The notes under the pieces were generated by a model. It had not been told where the DNA came from and ran no database searches. It was given only the letters and a program-made list of their open reading frames with translations. The position numbers were made by a program, and so were the translations under genes. Below, piece by piece: positions 28,461 through 41,858 of a stretch of DNA of 64,000 bases. The DNA is from Adineta vaga (Eukaryota > Animalia > Rotifera), in contig CP075496.1 of assembly GCA_021613535.1 (NCBI GenBank), positions 12,648,001-12,712,000 on the forward strand, given 5' to 3'. The number at the start of each line of letters is the position of its first letter. Position 1 is the stretch's first letter.

Positions 28461-31400
28461 ATGAATGAATTATCAAATGAACCATCTTCACCAATTGAAG
28501 AATCATCATCGCCACCACTAGTGGCAACACAATTATCACCTGATGAAGTAAAATTTTCAGAAACGACAATTTCTTTTCCTTAAAATTTATATTGTGTTTT
28601 CCAAAAAAAAGCTTCGTCGACGTCGTTTGGAAAGATTTTCAAGTAACAATACATTGAAAACTCAAAAGTCCGATACCAACGATAAACAAGTATCCACACA
28701 ATTATCTAATGAACTTGCTAGTAAAATAGTTCTTTCTCTGATCTTCTCCATAACAAAACGAAAAACTTTGTCTGATTTCAGCATGTCAAATTGATTCGGA
28801 ACAACCAAGTTCTGCTGATGATACAAATATGGATATTGGAGAAATGAATTTTTCCGAACGAATCGAAAGTGGTGAACAAAAGTAGTTTATTGATGACAAA
28901 ATTTAATTGTTATTCTATTCAATCATATTTCATTCTAGATTATTACAAAATCAACATTCAACAGGTGATAAACGTTCGTATGATATTAATTCGAATAGTA
29001 CATCGAGAGAAATAACAGAAACAAATGAAATTGATAATGATGGAAATCGAAATAGTACAATTAAAAAACGAAAATCTGAAGTAAGGAAGAGATTTTTTCT
29101 TCTTTTCGAAAACGAAAACTACTTGATTTATTTGAATTAGAATCAATTGAATAAAGAAGAAGAACCTATTTTTCGGCGTTTTCTTCGTCAAATAATGAAT
29201 ATAACTGAACAAAATCAATTATTTATTAACGATTTAATTGAATGTAAGATGTTCAAATTATTATTTCGATAATAAAATAAATCTCTTCGTCTTTCAGTAT
29301 CTTCTCAACGTCGATTAAAATCGATTCTATCTGATATCTTTCTTCGTTGCTTAACAACAACACAAACAGATCTTATCAAATCATTAATTGGGTATGATGA
29401 AACATTTCCTAATGGAAAACTTTTCATTTCTTATCTATGTTCAAGACATGATATGAATTATTCGAATCAATACGATTGTTATTTGTGGTATTTTTTAAGC
29501 ATCTATGCTCGTTGTGATTATCAAAGTTCATCTGTAAGATTGAAATAATACAAGTTGAAATTTTTCTCTCAAACATTTCATTTTGTTTCTAGAATGAAGA
29601 ACGTGATCTTCTTGAACATTGTCGATTGTTATCAGTTCGATATTCTCTTATGTATATAACAAATAATGGAATCTTTTTGGATATATGGAATAAAATGATC
29701 AAATTCTTAGATATTTTATTACATGAATCATCTGCTGAATGTTTACATACATCTTTTTTACATGAAATTGTCAAAATATCTTACAATCAAGAACCAAAAA
29801 TGAAAGTAATTGAGGAAAGAAGAAAAAAAAACAGTAATGAAAATCATGGAGAGTTTCTTTTCGATTTAGACTTGTGAAATACTTGTACGTGCTATTCTTT
29901 ATCGTCTTCGTCAAACATGTTCTCAAGCAAATATCTATATTAAACTTTTAACATTACTTTTAACTTTATGTGAATGTCGAAATGGAAATGATCGACCAGT
30001 TTGTACATATCTTGTGAAATTAAATGATTGGCTACCACAAGTTGCATTACAAAATGGCAAAAGTTTACAACGTATGACACTTCTATCACCAATTTTCTAT
30101 ATATCGTGTTTTGCGGAAGACGATATTGATTTACTTGTTACTCAACTTGATAAAATGACTGACCAAGAACAAGATGATGATGTAAGTTACTTTGATTGAT
30201 TTAAAAAATTGATCGTTTTTTCTTTTTCTAAGTCGAATCAAGATTATTCGGAATATAAAGAAAAACAAATACGTTCGACAATACAAAGTGAATTGTATAC
30301 AGCGAGAAAATTAATGCATAAAATCGTTCTGGCATTCTTTTCAAATATATCATCTCGGAATGGAATGTTGGAATATTTACAAAAATTTCTTCAACTTAAT
30401 AAAAAACGAACTCATTTAACAGTAAGAAAATATGTATAAAAAACACCATTTCAATTCTTACCTTGATTTATATTCTTGAGATTTTATCTTTTCAAAGATA
30501 TATTACATTCATTTAGTTCGAACTTTTGATAAGTTACAAGGTTGATATATCATTACCTTTCTGATGTACATTAATTTAACCTTGTTTAGTGAATATGAGA
30601 AGATTTGATCATTAATTTTTTCGTTTTTTTTAATACGATGAAAAACGTTCAATAGATTATCCATGTCAAAGATTGAATAAATCAAATTATGAATAAAGTT
30701 GATATTTTCATTGAAAGTCGCATTGGTTTCAATGAAACTTTTTTTTCTTCTAATCTATATATCGAAATAGAGCATCCTTGTATTCAACATTTACCTTGTA
30801 TAAGTTTAATAGGATCGAAAGATTGTTATATGTTTACTTAGGTTGATGAAAGTCAAATAACTGGTGATGGTTTCATGTTAAATCTTACGTTTGTTCTTCA
30901 ACAACTTACATTACCAATTGATGTTGAACGAGTATGAAACTATTCTCTATTGCATTAGAATTGAAAATTAAATTCATTGAAATAGGTCGATTTAAAATAT
31001 CCATTCTATGCGGATAATCGTTTATCAATTCCAACCGATCAATCGCGATTATTTTCAACGACAGATGAATTTAAAATCTATCAAGAAAATATCCGTTCGT
31101 ATCATTATCATAATTTCACTATTTAATGGATTTTATTTTAGAAAAACCAAATGAAATACGTTTTCCAACTGAATGTGCCTATCTTGCATTTCATATCAGT
31201 CATTTAGGTCTTGTTTCTATTGCGAAAAAACCACAAAGACGAAATAATATTATTCGTGAATTGAATAGGTAATTGCATGAAAGATGAACAATGTTCTATA
31301 TCGAGATTTTATTGAAATAAAACGAGATAAGAAAAAAGAAAAGAACGAATGGAATTAAATAAAGATGAAGAAAAAAAAATTAAATTTTTTTTCTATTATA

Positions 31401-34400
31401 GTGCAATTAAAAATCTTGAGCAAACACAAGGAACATGGCGACAAGCTCCAACTGCCGCTCGACATGAAGCTCAATTGGAAAGACTTAAAAGTGAATTAAA
31501 GGTTAGAAAACGAAGCAAAAAAAAGAAAACGAAACGAGATTATTGTCAATGATTATTAACTATATACAGATATAATATTAAACAGAAAGGATTTTTTAAT
31601 TGACGGGTACAAGTGGCGTCAATTTAGGATCATCTTTACCAGAAACATAAACAGGAAAGTCAATAATACGTAGTTTTTCACAATAATTGCCTAGAAAAGA
31701 TATACGAATGAATGAGAGATGATATCGTTTTTTTTTCTTTACCAGGAACGAATGGATCACCGTCTTCCATAAGACTATTTCCATATCGAACACTTATTCG
31801 AGTTCCCATTTGATTCATAACTGCAGCATAATCATATTCTGATTCTTGTTGTTGATGGTGTTGTTCTTGAAATTGTTCTCCTTCTAAATATAGATGAAAA
31901 TTTCAGTATATTATGAATAATAATAAGATCATAGAAGAAACAATGTACCTTCGACTTGTTTATAAACGACTTTCTTGATAATTGTTTGTCCAGGAACACA
32001 GCAACATTTAACACACCATCTGCCTTGTTGCTGCATCTGTTGGTTTTGTTGTTGTTGCTGTTGTTGGTGGTGGTGTTGTTGCTGCTGCTGGTATTGTTGT
32101 TGTTGTTGTTGTTGTGGAGGTGGTGGTGGTACTGGTGGAAGAGATCCAGCTGGTGGTAATTCAATACAGAATAGTTCTGGTCGAAGATGTGGTGGTAAAT
32201 GTGCATATTTCTTCGATTCTGGACAAGGCACAAGACAAAGACCAGTTTTAGGATCAACCATAGGAGTTGTTCGTTCGAAAACAGCATCCGTTTCATATGC
32301 ACGATTGTTATCAAGCATACGAACTGTAGATGAACGAGCCTGGTTTTGTTCTAGTTGGTTAATCATTGGTATTGAATTCGATCGACGTGATTGTTGATCT
32401 ATTATATGCGATGAAACTTGTTGTGATGATTGGTTAGAAATAAGTGAGTCTTGTTGTATTGATACAGGCTCAGAATGTGCGCGATATCGTTGTTGTTGCT
32501 GTTCGTCTTCTTCCTCGTGTTTACTAGAAGGTATATTTTCGTATTTTTGTGATTGAGGTGTTATTCGTGAGGAAAAGTGTAAATTTGATTGGTAATTACT
32601 ATCATCGAAGGACAAATGTGATGGTACAGGTAAACTATGATCGTACACCTGCTGCTGCTGCTGTTGTTGTTGTTGTTGCTGTTGTTGTTGTTGTTGTTGT
32701 TGTTGTTCATGTCCCATATATTCATTATACGGTGATGGCGTTGATATAGGTACTGGTGGAATAACATGATGAGTTGATTGAATTAATGGTGGAGTATATT
32801 CAATCGTTTGTTGTCCTCGTGAATCGGTCGAAAGATCTCTTGTTGTTACTTGAGGTACGTATGGTTTTGTATCAAATGTTGATGGTGTTTGATCATATGT
32901 ATGTTGTATAATATTTGATTGTTTCATGACATCATGTGATGCTGTTTGTGTCCATCCATCACTACAATGAATTGCATCAGAACCAAAAGGAAGTTGTGGT
33001 TGTTCTTGATGACCAGTATGAGAAGATGCAAATGCATTTGATTGTTGCATAAATTGTTGATTTAATTGCAGTATTGATTTTCGTAAGGATTGTTGATCAT
33101 CTGTTGTAAGTTGTTGAGAATTCATGAGTTGTTGTTCATATTGTTGTTGTTGTTCGTGATTCCATGATTCTCGATATTTCGCATAACAACGAGCAATACA
33201 TTCACGTAAATCAAAAACTTCTTCATCTTCTTTGGTATCATCATCATCATCATCTTCACTTCGATTATCACTTGTGGTTGGTGATGTCAATGGTAATGGT
33301 TGATGTCCACTATAGATACTTTGTTGATCAGCTGATGGAATTATCGAGGCGATTGAACGAACAGGTCGTCTTTGTGTTGTTTGAAGTGTATGATGATCTG
33401 GTGTAGGTGGTGCTGGAAAATCATATCCACTGGTAGTAGCTGATCCTAATATTTGATTCGTATCTCTTGTTGCTAACGAAGGTGGTGGTGGTGGCAATGA
33501 ACTATATGTATCATAAATTGAACCGTCAACTTCATCACTACGTAAATCTGATTGTGGAATTCGTTCATGCATTTGTTCACTAGTAGAACTTTGATGAAGA
33601 AGATTTTGATGATCTTCTTCGCAAGTTGATGATACAGGTAAAATTGATCGTGGTGTAGCTGATTCAAGTGATTCATTTGTATAATTTTGCAGATCATAAT
33701 TTCGAATAGTTCCTGGCGGTTGATAAAGATCTACTGTTGGTTGAACAGTATTGGGAGTTGTAGTTGTCGTACTAATAGATTGATAATCATCAGAGGACTT
33801 TATATGTCCTCCAGCATGTTGAGAATAAGATTCAGATTCAAACCGTTTCAAATAATCATTTATACTAAATGATTCACTTTCTTCATGATGTCCATATTGT
33901 TTATGGAAACTATCTCTCGGTGAATTATCTGGGACACTGTCTTGAGAATAAAATGAACGTCGAGTATATTCGACTGTACCAGTTGGAATTGATCCTCCAG
34001 TTAATCGTCGACTAGGAGGCTGTGAATCATAAATTTGAGATATAGGAACGGAAGCAGGTTTTTGTTGAAACTGATCCGATGAACCAATTGGTTGATTTGT
34101 ATAATCGTACCGTTGTTTTTGGTCCAATTGATGAGGATCAGTTTCAGACGTTGAATGAAGTGTTGTGGCTTCAGATGGATAATTAAATGCTTCTTGTAAT
34201 TGTGGTAATTGCTGTCGAGTATCTTCACCATTATAGGAATAATGAGAAGAAGGTTGATCTGTACTTTGATAATCAAAAAGAGGTTCTTTATTTTGATAAC
34301 TTTGTTTGCTATAATCAAATGTTCCAGCTGGTTGATCGTAACTTCGTTGAATTTGTGAAGTAGGACCAGATGCTGATTGAGGGTGAAAATATTCCGATGA

Positions 34401-37400
34401 ACTCAATGCTTGACTTGTATAATCATACGTTTGTTTTGGTTCTGTTCGTTGTGTATGAACTTCTGGTGAAATATAAGCACCTGTTTCTTCACCTCCGAAA
34501 TCAGGTGGTTGTTGATGTTCAGTATTATCAATATTGAATGGATACTGAACTGATTGTTGTTCTGTATTTTGATGATCGTATCCTGGTACTTGACTCTGAG
34601 TATTGCCTGATGCATAATCAAATGTGCCAGCTGCTTGATCAAAAGTACCTTGAGCTTGAGATGTTGGCACAGATGCTTGATGTTGTTGATAATAATCTGT
34701 TGAGGTTAGTGCTTGACTGGTATAATCATATGTTGTCTTTTGATCCGTTTGTTGAACATTCGTTTCAGGTGATATATAAGTACCTGTATCGACACTACTA
34801 TAATCTATTGATGGTTGCTGATCAATATTTTGATAATCATACGTTGGTGCTTGAGATTGCGTATACGTTTGTTGACCTGTTGGTGTTGGTACAGATGTAA
34901 CTTGCTGTTGTTGATAATAATCTAATGTTTGTCGTTGTTCATTGATATTAGCTTCGATTCGAGGTGGTGAATGTGTATTTGTCATTGTCGTAGGATAATC
35001 GTATAAACCTTGCTGTGGTATTTGTTGACCATCAGCAGTATCGTACGAATATTGAGAAGCTTGTTGATCGACGCTTTGATAATCATAGACAGGCTCTTGG
35101 GAAAGATAAGTTTCTTTTGTATATTCATAGGTTCCAGTTGGTTGACTATAAACTTCTTGAGTCTGAGATATAGGAACTGATGCTGTTTGTTGTTGATAAT
35201 AATCAGCAGAACTAAGTGTTTGATTAGGATAATTATACGTTTGTTGTTGTTCTACTTGTTGTATATTAGTTGAAGATGGAACATAAACAGTCGATCCGAG
35301 TGTATCGTAATTGAATGGTTGTTGTTGTTGTTGTGTATTTTCAATATTATATGGATACTGTAATGATTGTTGTTCAATATTTTGATAATCATAAGTTGGT
35401 ATTTGAGTTTGAGGACTTCCTCCCATATAATCATATGCATTTGATTGTTGAATATGTGTTTCTTGACTTTGAATAAATTGTGCTGGTGTTTGTTGTTGAT
35501 AATAATTTGATGTAAGATGTTGTATATCACTTGGAATAGTAGCATCAGTGGATTCATATGCAGAATATGGTAATTGATTTGCATAGTCATACGATGCTTG
35601 TTCATGCTGTTGTTGTTGTTGTTGATGATGATGATGTAAAGCTTGTTGAGCAAATTCATTATTAGCTGAAGGGACAGTTTGATACGGAGCATAATCAAAT
35701 GCTTTAGATCCGTATATGAATCTTGAATATTGATTGGTTTAAATTGATGATAATCGCCTCCCGTAGATTGGATATTTGTTGATGGTATACCAGCGATATT
35801 CAATGTCGGTTGAGTATATGGTATTTGAGTTGTTTGAGTATTAGTAATATCTGATGAGCGTATGGTTGATGGAGCAGCATTGCCATAATTATATCCACCT
35901 GTAGGATTATAAGATTTTTCAGATGTACGAATGGATGTTGATGTATGGATTGATTCTTGTAAAGTTTCTAAAACGAAAACGTGAAATTAGCGTAGAATAT
36001 AGCTACCATAATGTTTGTTTATTACCATCGTATGGTGAATAACTTCCTTGTGAAGAAAACGTTTGAAATCCACCGTTGGCTTGACGTTGTTCTTGTCTTT
36101 GATGATGACCAGATTGTTTATGACGTTTCGCTCTTCGTGCTTGTCGAGCAGCTCGCCGTCTCGCTAATCGTTGACGATGAGCTTCGAAACATCGCATGAT
36201 ACAATTATCAATATCGAATGTTATTTCTTGTCGCTGTTGTAGATGCATGTTATCAGTTTTACTAACGTCTTCGTTATTAATGATTTGAGAAGCTGTCGAT
36301 ATAACCTTCTCGTTACCTTGTTGTTTCTGTTCAAAATTGGAAGGAAATGAAGAAGATTGGTAAGGTGAATCACGCTGTTCAAATGATGTAGTGGATAAAC
36401 CTTGAAGATCAAGTGTATTCTGCATATTAGCATTGATATTGTCGTCATTGAACGCAGTTGACTCGGCTTGATTATATAATCGTGCTTCATTTTCTCTTCT
36501 CTGTTCATCACTTATCGTCGCCGTCTTATATTCATCACTGAATAAAAATCAATATGTTAATGAAAGATTCATGAGTGTAATCGAAAGAAAAAAAAACCGA
36601 CAAGCTTCGTTCTAGATTTTACTTGTCGTCGTGAAGGTCTTTGTCAATGTATGTCAGTAAATGGGTGTAAACTACTAGTTTATTGATATGTGAACAATTA
36701 TGAGAGCAAAAAATAGAGCATGATAGTAAGTATATTTATGTGAATTATAGCAGCAAAAAATACTTCTCTTTGAAAAATTAGAGCAGAAAAAAAATGTGTC
36801 GAGATTAAAAAAATAGATTGTTGTGTGTGAAGTTGAGCAGAGCGCTTAGATGTGATCATTGAATGTCTTTTTATTTGTGTAGGTGTGTGTGTGTAGATGT
36901 GCATATGTGCATAGTTGTATGTGCTAGACTACCTGTTTGCAAAACTTGCACTACCATATTCTCCATAACATTCTTGAAAAAAAACCGATGAACTAGAGTT
37001 TTTTTCGCTTATCAATAAAGATATCAACAAACCTGGTGGAATATGTTGTTGCGGTGGAGCTGGAAATCGTGGTGCTTGAAATGTATGTTGTTGATGTTGT
37101 TGAAATTGCTGTTGCTGGTGCTGGTGCTGTTGTTGAAATTGTTGTTGCTGGTGCTGTTCTTGAAATTGTTGCTGCTGTTGTTGTTGTTGTTGTTGAAATT
37201 GTTGCTGCTGTTGCTGTTGTTGAAATTGTTCTGCATCTGCTGGATTGCGATAGATCACTAAGAAAAGGTAATTGCGAAGTATATTTTAGTACTAAAATGA
37301 TAGTTAGATTTTTTTGATTTACCTTGAGGACGAACAGTACTATTTAGTTCTGTCCGAAGTCGATTAATATCCGATCGAAGAATTATTGTTGGTTGCGGTG

Positions 37401-40400
37401 CCTGAATATAAATTGGAGGAAGAGGTTCTAAAATACAGATAAATTTCGAATGAATTTGTTTTAATTTCTTTAAGGGAAATTTGTACCAAGTAAACTTCCT
37501 CCAACAGGTGCATCCTGATATTGTTGTAGAGTTTCATTGATTACTTTTGATTGAAGATCAACGAGTACATCATTGACAACAGCCTGTGCAACAGATAATC
37601 CTTCAACTTGTGATGTATAACTTGGTATGCCTGATGGAATTTGAGATGGACCTGGCGGTCGTACAGGTCTTTGTTGTTGTTGTTGTGGTTGTGCCATAAA
37701 TGGTGCTCTTATGGGCTGTGGTAATCGCTGTGCCGCAGTGGGACCAAACACAGGAATATACGGTCCTGCATTAACAGTATTAATATTTGTAGCAGTTTGA
37801 GTATTCGATATAGGCTTTGATTGTGCTTGACCTCCAACTTCTAGTTGATGCCTACGAGGTAAAAATGCGTGAATCAATTAACTGGGTCGAGCGAATGAAA
37901 TTGAAAAAAAAGAAAGGCTGTGACAGCCCATCTACACTGACATAGAGAGAGCAAAAAAAGGGACGCCGTCGATTCGTTCGTTCTATGTACGCCTTAACCC
38001 TGAAAATGGTCCATTAGCAATTTTTTTCTCTTTGCCTCATTTTATATTACTCTCCATCACGAGAACATAGTTGTGCCTATCAGAGTAAGACGAAATAAAT
38101 CGATATTGAAGACCCTTCAAGCAATCAGTCGTGTCCATCTTGATGTCGTATGCATTGCGCAAGATATACTCTCATTAGAGAAAGAAAAGAAAGAATCAAT
38201 CAATCAGTCAGACAATTTTCTTCTTGTTGAACATATTACAGAAATTCTTATAAATTTACCTAAATGGTGATAAATTAGGTGTTTGTGCGTCAGGAAAATA
38301 TTTTGACATCTCGGCCGATGAATCAAGGCTCGAAATAGAATGAAAAGAACTGGTTGATTGTACACCATCATATGAGTTGGAACAGAGAGCGTTTGTTGTT
38401 GTTGTTGTTGTTGATGATGTTCTGCTGTGTTAATATTAGACTGTTCTGTTTCATGAACTAGATTATAAAGACAATTTCATATTTATATCTATACTTGATG
38501 CTTTGTTTAAAAGCAGGCAAAAAAATGAATTTTACATAACTTTAATTTATATAGATACACCGTAAAAAACAATTTTTGAAAATTTTAATAAATTAGAGAA
38601 CTGTGTAGTAACATATCATAACTTTTCTTACTCTTCCTCTCCCTCCTCTCAATATTACGTACAAGATGCTGTAGATTGATGTTGTGCATTCTCAGGACCA
38701 CGGTCATGCCCATGATGATGATGATGATGATGACGATGATATTGAAATTCTTCCATATATGCTTTGTTGTTGCCGCTTTTCAATTAAGTATTCTCGTCGT
38801 TTTTACTATTCTTTGATGCAGCCTCTAAAATATGTTCATGAAGAGTGAAGAAAATGAGTGATTGCTCGATGTCGCGTCTCGATATAATATGCGGTAAGGA
38901 TAGATATATCTCATATATGAAAATGAATATGCGTAGCTGTCCGTTACACTTTGATGATTTTGTTATTCATTATCGTCGTGTTGTTACTTCTTATTACTAT
39001 TTATCGCTATTGTTATCATCGCAAATATACGATCAACGAACTAATTGTCGTTTACATAAGCAAACGAATTAAAATGATTCATAGATATTTTTGTTTTTCA
39101 GGCATTGAAACGAGCAAAACAATGTGCTAGTATAGCATTACAAGATGAAAATTTAATTGAAACAAGTCTAGAATTCTATAGTAAAGTTTCTCAACTGTTA
39201 TTAAGATATGTTGGTGTTCGACCAACAGAGTAAGTTCAACATTCCTCTCTCCACTTCTTTCAAAAAACGATCTTTTTATTTATTTAAGTTCGGAGGTAAC
39301 ATTCTCTTCCGAAGTGCCATGGATATGGCGTCTCTTACCAGATTATTACATCGATGATATATGGGACTTTCTTATGTCAGCTGCAATGTAAGTATGATTT
39401 TTGTCACTTACCTGAATACTTATTTTATTTTATGATGTGATGATATAAAAAATGTGCACAAATATGTAGGGTGAATATATGAAGTTCATTCTCAGTCATC
39501 CTTAGAACCATGACCGTCCTTAACAGAAGAATATCATAGATAGATATGTATATGTATCAAAGAGACCGTGACAAACATCTTAGTAATGACACTATCAAAG
39601 ATTTTAATAGACAATAGTCAAAAAGCATGACAGATATCTAACTAATGACACAATTACCGAGCATATCAAACTTTAGTCAAAAATCACTAGAGACTGTAAC
39701 GAAAGAAGTCTATTATTTGAAAAAATTTACTTCTTTTTTCAATGTCAAAAAAAGATTGTTCTTTGTTTCTTTTGATTTCTAAGGATGGTACCACAAACAT
39801 TATCAAAACGTAATATTGATGACATTTTAACATTAATGATATTTATTATTTGTGCACCACGTCACTATGTACAGAATCCTCATATTATAGCTAAAGCAGT
39901 TGAAGTTATACATTGGTTATGTGCAAGAAGTGATCATACATATTTACGACATGCAACTGAATATTTATTCAATCATCGTTTAGCACAAGATTCACTTGTT
40001 CGTGCATTGACGAAACTTTATGCTGGTAAATGAATCGAAAAAAGATTTGCTTTTCGTCAATGACAAGTATGCATTTGATTTCCTTTTCAAAGATGTCGAA
40101 ACAACTGGTGCAGCAACAGAATTTTATGACAAATTCAATATACGTTATCATATAAGTATTATCTTTAAATATGCATGGCAAAAACAATCATTTCGTCATT
40201 CATTTCTAACAACTGCTCGGTTAGATGAAATTAAAAATGAAAGTTTTGTTTAGAAATATTCATCTATTTATTTTTCTAGAGATGAAAAAGAATTTATTCG
40301 ATTTTTAAATATGGCAATAAATGATGTAACATATTTACTCGATGAAAGTCTTCAATTACTAAAAAAAATTCATGATATTGAAACAGATATTGATAATAAA

Positions 40401-41651
40401 GAAGAATGGGAAGCAACATCAATGGTACGTTTTCATAGTTCTGTTTTTTAATAAAAGCGATTGATTTCATCTGTACAGATTTCGACATGCTAGAAATAGT
40501 TAAGTTGTAATTAGAGTTTAACAATACTTTTGTCACGCCTAAATTAATTCACTGTGACTATCGAACTATCAATCAAAAGAAGTTTATTTTCGTATCTTGT
40601 AATGATATCGATGTTTTTCTTTTTTCTCATAGGAAATACGTATGAACAAAACTCAACAATTAAGTCAATATGAATCGCAATGTTGTACTTATTTACCACT
40701 TGGAATGGAAACATTACATATGTTGGAATATCTAAGTGCAAATGAACCAGGTCCATTTTGTTCACCGGTAAATAAAAACAAAGCACAATGAAATTATGGA
40801 AGATTTTCAATTTTTAGGAATTAGTCGATCGTTTAGCTGCTGTACTCGATATTAATTTAAATGAATTATGCGGTCCAAATTGTCGTCAATTAAAAGTAAA
40901 AGAGCCGAGTAAATGTTGTTTTGATCCAAAACGACTATTAGAAAAAATTGTTGAACTTTATTGTAATTTGGTATGAAGATTGAATGATAATGAAAAACAA
41001 ATAACATTTTCTTTGATTCTTTTTTTTTACAATTCAATAGGCACGTGATGAACGTTTCGCTGAAGCAATTACACGTGATGAAGTATGAAATAAAATTTGA
41101 ATTTTTCTTTGTTATTATTATTTTTTTTTCTTCCTGCTTTCTTAAAGCGTTCATATCGACCGACATTATTTCAAACAGCTATCGAACGTATTCAAAATCG
41201 TCAAATAACTACATCATCTCGGTTGGAAATACTTTTTAATTTGAGTCAACAAGCTTATCGTATTGCGGAAGAAAAATTGAAAGAAGAAATGGATCTATCC
41301 GATGCACCGGATGAATTTCGTGGTAAAAATAATCTTTTGTTTCTTTTCTTTTCTTAAGAATCTCTTTTTTTTTCTTGCTATAGATCCATTAATGTGTACA
41401 GTTATGACTGATCCAGTGATTCTACCAAGTGGAGTTACAATGGATCGATCAGTTATTACAAAACATTTACTCAATTCAAATACAGATCCATTTAATCGTC
41501 TTCCATTGACTGCTGATCAACTTGAACCTGGTAAAAAGATATTATATGTATGTGAACATATCGAGATTAATTTCTGTTTCTCATTTCAGCTGTCGAACTC
41601 AAAGAACAAATTGATAATTGGATACGCGATAAAAAAAATCGAACAGTTTAA
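28461..41651 (+). CDS. UBE4B: Ubiquitin conjugation factor E4 B (Ufd2, U-box), with a 7.6-kb intron at 31502-39101
   Basis: [54 protein letters not shown]-box [34 protein letters not shown]. Frame continues across GT 31502 ... AG 39101. Confidence 0.95.
31596..38756 (-). CDS. Nested antisense gene: ~1,900-aa Gln/Ser/Tyr/Thr-rich repeat protein of unknown function, with possible frame breaks
   Basis: About 10 GT-AG exons join ORFs 37470..37877, 36929..37258, 36003..36425, 31929..35426 and the terminal exon ending TPLVPVN* at 31596. 5' start uncertain (38756 or 38309). Confidence 0.8.
32649..32706 (-). repeat. (CAA/CAG)n microsatellite encoding poly-Gln; similar tracts at ~32030-32113 and ~37090-37225
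   Basis: TTG/CTG runs on the + strand; poly-Q in the nested gene's frame. Confidence 0.9.
33935..35560 (-). repeat. Degenerate ~100-aa coding tandem repeat, 5-6 copies
   Basis: Recurring TY(D/N)Y(T/P)xQxLxSxDYYQQxxASVPxSQxQxx(Y/F)xQxxGT(F/Y)(D/E)Y...YDYQx(I/T/V)(D/E)Q units, about 300-320 nt apart. Confidence 0.8.
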
Positions 41652-41858
41652 AACGTTAACAAAGTTCTTCTCTCTTTTTTTTTCTTCATTTCTTTTATTT
41701 GTTTGTGTTCTTTTTCTGTTCGTTAATGGATTTCCAATGATCTTTCATTTTTATTTATTCAAAATATCTTGTCATAACTCAAGCAAAGCAAAAGAAAAGA
41801 CAAACCAAGTCATTAGTCTCTATTAAGACATGTTTATCCTCTTGAAATTTATTCTAGA

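Noticed and set aside
31956-32749. Poly-Cys, poly-Leu and poly-Val ORFs on the + strand (also 37036-37317)
   Set aside because: They are antisense readings of CAA/CAG poly-Gln tracts of the nested gene.
35737-35743. TTTAAAC slippery heptamer near the frame break
   Set aside because: It is read TTT AAA C in the incoming frame, the wrong phase for canonical -1 frameshifting; a slip there would place TAA in the A site.
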